Assembly (NCBI GenBank): GCA_010909165.1
Contig: MU008150.1
Coordinates: forward strand, 248,001-312,000
DNA: 64,000 nucleotides
Reading direction: 5' to 3'
DNA from: Anthoceros angustus
Taxonomy: Eukaryota > Plantae > Anthocerotophyta
Shown piece by piece: positions 39,445 through 50,150 of this stretch (position 1 is its first letter; each line of letters starts with the position of its first letter). The notes below the pieces were generated by a model, which saw nothing but the letters and a program-made list of their open reading frames with translations, did no database searches and was not told the origin of the DNA. Both the position numbers and the translations under genes were made by a program.

Positions 39445-39789
39445 TCAGAGCATGAGCCGACGATCCAATGCCCCAGAAAAGCAAATGCGATGCAAGCCCG
39501 CCTGACACCCGAATCCAGGCCAGCGGGACCACTGTTACAGAATTGTTTGCGCGTTTCTTGACGTGGAAGGATGCAGGGACATCGCATCTGCCGTGGCCTG
39601 TGTGGTGTACATGTACGTGTGGTTTACCCGTTTACCGTGAGGGTTGCGCGGTAAGCCCAAGCCCTGGGGGCTGCCGCCGCCGGGGCTTGGAGCAGAAGCT
39701 GGTGGGCAGAGGGTGGGAGGGAAGAAGAGCTGCCTTGCTTGCCTGCTTGCTGGGTTGTCTTGCCCTTCTCTCTGTGTTGCGAGCAGGCC

Positions 39790-39824
39790 ATGGCAAGTGG
39801 TGGGGATGCAGCAGAAGCAGGAAT

Positions 39825-39856
<32 letters not shown>

Positions 39857-40902
39857 AGGCAGCAGGGTGGCAGGAGAGCTTGATTCCGGGGCTGCCGGAG
39901 GAGGTTGCCTTCAAGTGCCTGACCCACGTCCCGCGGCGGTGCCACCGGGTGATGCGCAGGGTGTGCACACAGTGGGACAGGCTGCTGGACAGCGACGAAT
40001 TCTTCGAGGCTCGGGCGAAGGCGAAGCTGGCGGAGCCGTGGATCCACGTCCTCACGCGGATCCAGGGGAGCCGGAACCCGTGGCGGGCCTTCGACCTGCA
40101 CTCCAGGAGGTGGATCAAGTTCCCGGACCTGCCATCGTCCGTGTACGAGAAGCTCTCCCTGGTGGGGCTGCAGTGCCAGGTGGTGAAGGGAAAGCTGGTG
40201 CTGTGCGGGGGGCGATGGCAGGGCTCCATCATCAAGGACGTGCTGGTGTACGACCCCAGGGCGGACAGGTGGAGGGAGGGGGAGGGCATGCTTTCGCACC
40301 GGGCGGATTTCGTGAGCGGGGTCATCGAAGACCAGCTCTACGTCGCCGGGGGGAACAACGGGGTGCAGGGACGGACCAGGTCCGTGGAGCGCTACGACAT
40401 CGAGCAGAACCGCTGGTTCCCGGCGCCCAGCATGAACTACGACACTGCTTTCTGTCTGGGGGTCACCTTGGACGACAAGTTCTTTGTGCATGCCAAGGGC
40501 GGGCTGCCGGAGGAGACCCAGGTCTTCTGCCCCTTTAGGGGGCTCTGGAGCAGCTTCGAGGCCGAGATGCTCACCTCGCACCGGATCCATCCCTACGTTG
40601 TCAGCAATGGTCAGCTGTACAGGGCGGACATGCTGCCCACCAAGTTCGAGATCAAGGCGTATGATGTGGGGAGCGATACCTGGATCAGCATGAAGCCCAC
40701 TCTCACCATCTTCCATCCCACCAAGTATGTGAAGGAGCTGGTGGACCTGGACCAGAAGCTGGGGATTGTCATGGATGACTTCAGTGTTGCTGTTGTGGAG
40801 ATCGACCTGCCCAACCACAGCCTCAAGTACCAGTGGTTCTACTTGACTGCAGCAAATCCTTCCACCGACAGGATTGTCAGCTGCCATGTCCTGTATGCAT
40901 GA
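39790..40902 (+). CDS. F-box/kelch-repeat protein, intronless
   Basis: F-box LIPGLPEEVAFKCLTHVPRRCHRVMRRVCTQWDRLL, and kelch repeats with GG..Y..W (LVLCGG...VLVYDPRADRW; LYVAGG...VERYDIEQNRW). ATG 39790. Confidence 0.93.
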
Positions 40903-41140
40903 ATGATGGATGGATGGTAAATGGATGTTGAAGGTCAACACTTGAAGCTAGTTTGCTAGAGCTAGAAATGGCTTGTTTGTGTGGGGAGTGTAGTGTGCTG
41001 TGGACTCAGGACACATGATGAAAAAGCTTTTTCAGCTGTGTACTAGTATACAAGGTGGCAGTGGGCAGATTAGTATGCTGTACAAGGCTAGCACTGATGG
41101 ATGGATCTACCGTCTGCCCATGGTAGATGCACCATCAGGG

Positions 41141-44100
41141 TCATGGCCGGTTGTGCCTGAACAGGATGAAGGACACAAAGGCTAAGGAAGCGAACATGAG
41201 GCTCATACCTCCTAGGGCTACAAAATCGAGACCGATCCGGGAGTAGTCGAGGGATCGGAGGTCGCTTATTCTGTCCCACACAAACTCACCGTCCAAGTCT
41301 GCAAACCGCTTGCAGGGGCAGGCTGGGCAAGGGCTGTGAGGAGGAGCAGGGCATGCCATGCATGACGGCTGCTTGGTGTCGCAGAAGAAGCTGATGGATG
41401 TTAGGGTGTTGGTGACGTACTGGTAAGGGTTCGCCCAGAAGAGCCAAGTGTAGGAATTGGGTACAAGCAGCTTGGGGACCACCACGCCTGATGCTGTTAT
41501 CCACAGTGACGAGATGATGGAAACTGCGAAGGCTGCAAGAATCGGCACCGGCGTTGCTATGGTGAGCAGCATCCCGAAGTAGGTCACAGCCAGAGTGAAC
41601 ATGAAGAGTCCCATCCAGTACTGCACGAAGTTGGCCAGAGAGTCTGTTGCGATGCCAGCCATTCCGTTGCCGATGGCCACGAACACGAGCGTGGCGATGA
41701 GGAGATAGGGCATCTCAGCCAGAGCCCAGGATATCGGGTAGAAAATGGCTGCGTACATTCTGGCCCTCCTCTCCCGGAAGTACGCCAGCCGGTCCGTGCC
41801 AATCTGGGGTATGATATTGTTGGCTGTCACCACTCCGATGAGCATGATCTGGATGTACACAAACAGGGAGCGGGATGTAACAGCGAAGCTGTCCTTCTCG
41901 CCGATCTGGAAGTAGAGAGAACCCAGCAGCAGACCGATGGATATGGAAGCCGTGAGTCGGCCGAAGGTGTACTGGACATTCCTCCATAGGAACTTCTGTG
42001 TCCGCAGAAACACCATGGCCGCCTGCTTCCAGTACGAGGCTGCATATGCGGTATCCACATCCTTGATGACATGCCTTCTGCTTTTCCTGCGTAGTTTGCC
42101 CAGCTCCTTGCTGTTGTCCTCCCCCAACCTGCTCTCTCTGTAGACTGTGGCGAAGTCATGGACGGGTGCTCTTCTCCTGATTCCAGCTCCCAGGATATCA
42201 AGCACATAGGTGATGGCGTTCTGGGAGCTGTGGTACTCAGGTACCTTTGGGATGGACGTGAAGTACCTCAGCAGCTCGGTGCAGTTCCAGCCCACAGGCC
42301 CGAAGTAGGCCTGCTCTCCCCCAGGTCCGAGGATGAGCACGCTGCTGAAGGCACTGAGCATTCTGGCACTGGGGTGCTGGATGGTGCTGATCACAGTCCG
42401 CCCCGTGGAAGCGATAGTCTGCATGGCTTGCAGGATGTTTCGAGCACCGATGCTGTCCATACCGGAGGTGGGTTCGTCCAGGAACAGGACGCTTGGGTTC
42501 GCAGCCAGCTCCACTGCAATGGTTATCTTTTTGGCTATCTCGTAGGTCCTCCCTGTTGCATCTCTGAGAGACCCCACCAGCTGGTCACTCACAGGATGGA
42601 GATCCAGTAGTTCTAGGATCAGCTCCACATGCTGCTCAAGGTAGCCCGAATAGACGCTGTTCCCCAGCCGCAGGATGGCGCTAAATCGTAGCGATTCTTT
42701 CACGGTCAGGAAGGGTTGATGGGCATCCAACTTCTCAGCGAAGCCCGAGATGCGTGAGAATGTGGCAACACTTGGCTTATACCCGTTCACCAAAATCTCG
42801 CCCAGTTGCTCACCGTGGGATGCCCTGTTTGCCAGACACTTGAGGAGGCTGGTTTTACCGGATTTGGTGCCCCCCAGTAGTGCTAGCATCGCTCCTGACT
42901 TGCAGTATCCCGAGACTTTGCTCAGAATCACTTGGCTCTGCCCCTTGGCGTCCTTGCAGGTGAATGTGAGGTCGTGGAATGAAATTGCCACAGGCGTGAC
43001 CGGGATGTGGTGGTCAGACCATCCTTTCATCCCCTCTTGATCACTGGCGCATGCCTCTTCGTCATAGCCTTCCCTCTGCTGTTTACTGAGAAAGTGCGAT
43101 CCAACATGACTGTCGCCCCCAGAAGACGAGGAGGATGGAGACTCTTCCACCTGCAAGACCATAGAAGTGGTCTTTTCTTGGGGGAGAGAGTTGTTGAGCT
43201 CGGTAAACCTTAGTCTGCTTATTGCTCGGTGTGCAAGGATTAGTATGAGAACTGTCCACCCCAGAATCACGGCGAAGGAAACCATTATCCAACCACTCCC
43301 TGTCTTCAGCTGGTAATATTTGAGATAGGCGTCGCCAGTCTGCATGTTGGGATACACCTCGCAGAATGGCAAGTCCAGGTGGAGGTGGCAGGAATCCTTG
43401 TAAGCACTACCTCCGATTTGGGTGATGCAAAAGGCCATGTTTGCCCAATGAATTGGATTGGCGTAGTACATCCACTTCCACCACTTGGGAATGTTGTGTG
43501 GGTAGATGAGAAAGCCGGAAAAGAGGAGGAATATGGAAACGAGTAATCCTGTGAGACGGTTCCCACTTGAGGTGTTAAGATTTCTACTGAATACCAACAA
43601 GCCGGAAGGGGGTTGCATCTTAGAACTGCTTGTTTGTGACCGACCAGGACACGAAAAGGAAAGTGTTCGAGGCTTACCACCCAGTGCATTTGCAGCCTCC
43701 AGGATTGGTGAGATAGCGCTCAGTAGGAAGAAGAGGCATGATCCAAAGAATGCTATTGAGCACAGAAGTCCCCAGTACACGAAGAAGTGCAGTCCATCGT
43801 CCTTTGTTGAGAGGCCTGCTCCAAAATAAACGCAGACACAGTAGAGAGTTCCCTGCCAGTCCAAGTCCAGTACAACAATTTGTTAGATGTGCCCACCTCT
43901 GAAAGGCAATATCTGGGCTTATTAGCTTGAGGATGATTTATCAGGATCCACCTCAATTATGGACTGTGGCAAGGAAATGGCACTATGAGCAACAACGTAG
44001 GAAGAAGCTCTGAAGAAGCGCTGGTCCCGTTGCTTGTAGAATATAGGCCGTTGCATCATGTAAACAGGTGCTTGTACTGAGTTGATGAGCATAATACCCA

Positions 44101-47100
44101 TTGTGGACACAAATCCGAGCCCGCGGATAGCATTCATTTCCAGGATTCCGGGTTTGCCTCCCAGCCCCTTAAAGATGGTTCCAGCAACCAAACTCAGGAT
44201 CAACACCTGCAGGTTCAGGCAAAAAGGGCATTTTTTAAAGATGCGGTTGTGGGGCGAACCAATGTATGGCACGACCTCTATCTCCTTCCTCAAGGAAAGG
44301 GAGGCTGGTGCGTAATTCTGTAAAAGAGTGCCTACCTGCAAGAGTCGGAGTTGAAAAAGGATGGTGAGTCTCTTGGTAAGTTTGAGCTGGCGCTTGATGA
44401 GCGTCAGTGTGGATGGCCACCACCGTTGGACATGCTCTTGCGAGAATTGGCCCTCCACCATCTCTTCCCCATCCTCTGCATTTGCCTGAAAGGAACAAGG
44501 GCACAGAATTTCATCATCGTTTTTCACGAGCATTCCTAGCCTCCACTTCATCCTTCAAAATATGGGCAGTACGCTTGATGAGTTTCAAGAGGAAGGAGCA
44601 GTTTGAGCAATACGTAACATCGAGCTGGAAGCAGACCTGGGTTTCAAGTGTGCGTTGCAGTTGCAGACGAACATGACCTCGTGCATTGGATAGAAGAGTG
44701 GACACCCTGGCAGCTTGGTTGGTCTGGTGGTCCTGTGACCCAAGAGCGAGGTACTGCATTCCGCCAGCTGGGCTTGAGATAGCGGTCACCACATCCCCAA
44801 CCTGAATGTTCCCTGTGCTCTCGATCCCTCGGCTGTGATCCACGTTGCCGGACAGCTTGGCCACCACCACTTCTGCAGGACGTGAAAACAAGACGATGGA
44901 GCTGAGTCGGCAGGCACATGACAGCGCTGCGCTTGGGCAGGCACCCACACAATCTTAAGCTTCACCAATGACTACATGTAGCACTCACTGGATGGCCATG
45001 GCCACACTTGTGCGACACATACCAGGGCCGAAGAACACTTTGGATGTGGAGCCATCGTCAAGATGCTCGGCCCGCTCCGCCTTGCGAACTGAGAGACCCA
45101 AGTTGGGCTCGCTCTCCACCCAGAAGGTGTGCAAAACCTCGTCGCTCGTCACGATCCGCATCACATCCCGACGGAGCTCCGAGTCTCTGTAAGCCTTGAG
45201 CAGGTCCTGGAGGTGGGGAACGGGCAGCCCGTCCTCCACGTACTGAGACCCCTCGCCCGCTGCAATCTCCTGAAGAAACTCTCCCGAATCGACATGCGCG
45301 GGCTTCACAAACCTGTGGCACCCAACAAATTGCCGATCTCGTCACTCTGCTGTACACCGAGGGGGAGGACACAACAAAGTGCTCTGGTAACTCGCTCAAT
45401 GTTGCAAGCGCAAGCTTGCAATTTCCTCACCCGAGCTCCTCGAAGTAGTGCAGCGCGTCCTGGCGCGGGCCCTGGTACAGGATCCTGCCCTCCCCGAGCA
45501 GGATGACTCGATCGAACAGGTGGAACACCTCCTGCGACGGCTGAACCAGCGACATGACTGCGGAGCACTGCTGGAACCTGCTGATGGCCCTCAGCGTGCA
45601 CACGAGGTCGTAGGTGGCCAGCGACTCCTGCCCCGAGCACGGCTGGTCGTACAGCATCACGGCGTACGTCCCCATGGCGATCTCCGCCGTGGTGAGCCGG
45701 TTCCTGTCGTTGTCCGTGATCCCAGCCCCCGGGTTGCCCACAATCTCGTTCTCGATGCCCTTCAGCCCCAGCACATGCAGAATGTACTCCAGGTATGGGT
45801 CCTGCCCCTCCACCAGCGCGTGCGCGAAGAACTTGCGCAGCTGCGGCGAGAAGTTCTTGGGCCGCAGCCCCTGGGTGCACTCCCCCGCGAACTCCAGCGT
45901 CTCCCGCACCGTCAGACCCGGCAAATGCCTGCAATCGTTCACCAGTCAGGCCGGTGGAATCCGAATTCTCGCAGTCTGCAGCAAACTGGTTGCATCCACA
46001 TGTCTCACTTGTTGAGCTGCCCGTTGATGTAGGCGATGAGGCGAGTGAGCACAACCTCCGACGCGTCCCGCCCGTTGTACTTCACCCAGCCCTCCAGCTT
46101 CACCGTCTTGCTGGTCTCCGCTCTCCCAGCAAGGACCTGCCAGACACGGCACAAGCCTCTCATCACCGACTGTGACAAGCATCCATGGACCAAACAACAT
46201 GGCGAGCTGGCCCGTAGCTGGGTGGTACCTTGAGGAGGGACGTTTTGCCGCTCCCGGGAGGACCCAGCAGCAGCGTCATGGAGCCGGGCATGATGTAGCC
46301 GTGGACGTCGTGGAGGATCTCGTAGGTGACGGCGGCCTTGGATCGGTCGCGGAGGAAGGGGTTGAGGAGGAGGCCGGCGGTGATGTTGTACACCTTCTTG
46401 CCGAAGGTCTGGAAGGCCTGGTCCTGCGGCAGCAGCTGCGCGGTGTAGCTGATGCCCCCGAAGCGGACCACCTGGCGGGGGACGGGCGGGGTGAGCCTGG
46501 CCACGTCCCGGAGGTAGTTCACGATGCCGTCCTTCATGATGAAGTCCATGCCCACCAGCATCGGCAGCTGGTCCCCGCTGCCGCCATCCACATCGTGGTG
46601 CAGGCGCTGGAACGCCTTCTCCGCCTCCGCCAGCATCCCCTTCTGCTTCAGCAGCCGGTACATGTGCAGCGCCACGTCCTGCACATTCTCCGTCGCCGCA
46701 TGCGCCAGCTTCCGCGCCACGTCCGGGGTCTGGGAGCCCTGCAGCCCCGGCAGCCTTGCCCTGGTCATGGGCGTCTCGCTTCCCCGCACCGGCACCACGA
46801 ACACCTGCTGGCAGCAGCACAAGAAGCAGACGCCTCACTCTCACATTGCAACAATGCGGGAACGAACGCGTCAACGAGAAGCAACGCCAGGCTGAAGCAG
46901 CCGAGGACGCACCTGGTCCCGGTGCGGGGTCTGGGTGGCGGGGAAGTCGAATCCGGGGGAGGGCAGGAAGGCGGACTGGCCCGGGGTCGGGGCGGACATG
47001 AGGCTGAAGCCGGAGACGAGGTGGTCCACCGACGCGGGGTCGAAGCTGTCCGTGCTCGTGTTGTTGTAGAAGCTGTAGCCGTTGGCGCTGGCGCTGGAGA

Positions 47101-47242
47101 TCCTGCTGGTTCCATCGGCCCCGTCCCCGTCTTCCAGCACCACGGCGTGCTCGCCCTGCCACCAGATGGGCCTCGCCGCCGGCTTGGACCGGAAATGCAG
47201 CGGCGAGCGCATCCAGCTGCCCCGCGGACTGGGACTGGCCAT
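41141..47242 (-). CDS. Full-size ABCG (PDR-type) transporter, NBD1-[PDZ-like]-TMD1-NBD2-TMD2, ~10 exons, roughly 1,700 aa
   Basis: NBD1: ILHDVHGYIMPGSMTLLLGPPGSGKTSLLK, LTVRETLEFA, SLVQPSQEVFHLFDRVILLGEGRILYQGPR. TMD1: QRPIFYKQRDQRFF, FSGFLIYPHNIPKWWKWMYYANP. NBD2: GKTSLL, IAVELAANPSVLFLDEPTSGMD. TMD2: DRLAYFRERRARMY. ATG 47242. Confidence 0.93.
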
Positions 47243-47750
47243 GGCCGAGGCCAAGGATTTGGAGAAATCTCGAAGCGACTGCCGTCGCTCCCGTTTCCGA
47301 CTCCGCTCCCAAGCTCCCAAGCTGCTGTTACTCTACATGCAATGGTTCTTGTCGAATTGGAATGGCGTCTTCTTGCGACTGCGGGGCTTGGAGGTGGACT
47401 CCAGCGTCTGCCATGGAGACTCGGTTCCTGGCTGCCAAGGCTTTGTAGTGGAGGGTCCAGGATCCCAGTGGAAGGGGAGGGTGGACGCGAATCTGGGCGA
47501 ACGTGGGGTCTTGAAACTCGAGCGGAGTGTGGTGCCAATGGGGAATCGGAAAGCGCCAAGGCCGGCTGCTCCACGCGGCGGCAGCCGGCTCCATGGCAGG
47601 TTGCTGCCAAGTGGCGCCTTGGTGAACTCTGGGTGGGGAGAGGGACGGCCGAGGCTACTGCTCAGACTCACAGTGGAAGGGGGAAGGGGGCGGCGTACTG
47701 TGTAGGTCACGGAGGGAAGACAGGAAGACAGCAGCCGACCCGACAGGAAA

Positions 47751-50074
47751 ATGGGGAGCCTCGCTTTTGCGCCTGGGGCAGCATCACCCGGGCCGGGCCG
47801 ATTCCGATTCCCATCCCTTCGCTCCCGCCCCTGTCGGGCCTGGCGGCTGTGCCGTGTGGGTGCCACCACGGCGCGGGCTGCCACGTCGGCGGAGCCCTTG
47901 GTGCATCTCCTGCGGCACAATCACAATGCGGCCGCCTCCGGGGGATGCTCTCCGGAGGATGCCCTGCGCCGGGGCCGCTGGGTGAAGCTCATTTGTGGGG
48001 CGAGCTTTGAGGTAGGAAGGAGGGTGGATTGCTTTGCTTTCCTTCGCGTTGGAGGGTTGAGCATTGAGAATTTAGTTGGTGGAGCAGGATTTGGCACGAG
48101 TGCGGAATTTGGCTCTGGTCTACACGCTTGCCGGAGGTTAGTTTCCCGTGATGCAAGCGAGGTGCGAAAGGACAGGGCGCCCTGGAGCAGGGTGGCTGAT
48201 GATGGGGTGGTGTGGTGTGGTGTGGTGTGGTGGGCAGTGGACTGCATCGACTGTGCTGCCGACCCTGCTGTGGTGGGTGCTGTGGTGGAGGGTGTGGAGA
48301 CGGCAACCCATTTGGCATCGGCTTGTGCTGCTGTGGAGTGGCTCAAGCCCTGGCTCATGGTGAGCATCAACGATGACCGAGACCCCCATTTTCGGAAAGC
48401 CGGTGAGTCTGTCTTGCATTATGTCCCAGCCCAACCATGTACGACATGTGCTCACTCACAGCTTTTCGCACTGGTGCTGCAGAATTCGATGCCGACCAAT
48501 GTCCTGCCGACTGCCCCCGTCCTTGCGAGCGGGTGTGTCCTGCGTCCGCTATAACCTTCGGCCAGCATAGGGTTCGTGCTCCTGCTACTGCTTCTGCGTC
48601 TTTTCGCAATTCCTTGCTTCTCTTGCACATTACATGACATGACCCTTGGGACTGTGGCGGGACACAGGAAGGTGTCACCACCGAGAGATGCTATGGGTGC
48701 GGAAGGTGCCTGCCAGTTTGCCCCTTGGCCTTGATCCGTAAGTATGTCCATGCCCTATGTCAGCTCTCGAGTCGATAGTGGCCGCAGCCTACTGCAATGA
48801 GGATAACCCTCAAGCACGGAATTTCCAGGAGCAAATACCTACATTAGAGGATTGGACACGGTCCTTGAGCTTCTGAGCAGCAAACATGTCGACGCTGTTG
48901 AGATTCACACAGGAGCAGGGTAGCTTTTCGTCCCACCAGTAGCTTTGCTTTCCAGGATGTTTGCTCAACTAGCTCTCCTGCACAACTCACCATATCAGTT
49001 TGTCTCTGTTGTAGCCATTTGGAAGCTTTTGAAAAGCTGTGGACCAGTTTGGCAGGGGCTGTGCAACAACTGAAGCTCGTGGCTGTGAGTGCTCATTGTC
49101 TTCTCGCTTTCTCGTTCGGCTATGTACACCCTCCCCTTTTTCAGATCACACAAATGAATTGCGTGCCTGCCATTGTCTTGCTTGCAGGTGAGTGTACCTG
49201 ACCTACGCGAGTCCATGGTTCCGAGCTTGGCAGCAATGTATACGATCATGCAACCCTCTTTGAGAAGCTTGAATTTGTGGCAGGTCCCCTTCCCTTCATT
49301 TCGGCAGCTAGTATCCAGCGGCCTCGCTTGCTGCTTCTTGCACTAATCACATTACTGTGTCTTACTGTAGCTGGATGGACGGCCTATGAGCGGAGACATA
49401 GGTGCAGGTGCCACACGGGCTGCAGTGGCACTTGCTTCTCGTGTGGCTTCCTCGTTAGATCGACCTCCTGGTAAACAACTTTCTTACTTGCGTTGAACAG
49501 AGAGTGAACTGTTTGCGACTCAACTGGCGGGACCTCGCTTCTTTCTTCAGGCTTTCTTCAGCTCGCTGGTGGAACCAATGCTTACACACTGGAAGCCTTG
49601 AGGAACGCTGGTTTCTACACGGATAGTAAGGCACACTGACTGCCTGTGGACAAGTGATTTCTTTAGCGAACGTCACAGTGGGGAACCACGTATTTCTAAA
49701 ACCAACTCACACGAGGTCTTGCTGCTGCAGTCACAGGTGTGTCTGGAAGGGAAGTAGCCATAGCTGGTGTAGCTTATGGCGGGTATGCCCGGAAGGTACG
49801 GTTTCTTTACAGTCAAAATGTACCTCCTTGCCCCTACTGGGTACCTAGGATCTTATGCACTACTGGTATTGCTGCCCTGTAGATTGTGAGTAAATATCTT
49901 GCCGAGATGGAGAAGAGTGAGCAAAACGAGCAAGACACAAAGAAGCTCATGCCTCATCTCCGGTTGGAAGGTCATCCAACCCTTCTCTTCGAAGCGGTGA
50001 AGCAAGCCAGTGCCTTAGTGCAACCTAGCAAGTCTGGAACAGTAACTACAGTCTGTGAAATGGCTAGAATTTGA
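47751..50074 (+). CDS. ldpA: LdpA-like iron-sulfur (2x[4Fe-4S]) protein with probable plastid transit peptide
   Basis: WVKLICGASFE, DCIDCAAD, PWLMVSINDDRDPHFRKAEF, CPADCPRPCERVCP, RCYGCGRCLPVCP and a C-terminal GVAYGGYARK|IV...LEGHPTLLFEAVKQASALV. These match cyanobacterial LdpA as I recall it. The N-terminus is rich in Ser, Arg and Ala. Confidence 0.85.
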
Positions 50075-50150
50075 AGGAAAAATACAGTGGGCAGCGACGA
50101 ATTTGAGGTATGTCCAGCAAAATCTGGCGATATCCTCCGACTCGGCACTG

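Noticed and set aside
39535-40941. 468-aa antisense ORF over the F-box gene; also 46172-48010 (+) and 46005-47312 (-) over the ABCG
   Set aside because: Shadow ORFs expected from high-GC3 coding sequence; no recognisable motifs.
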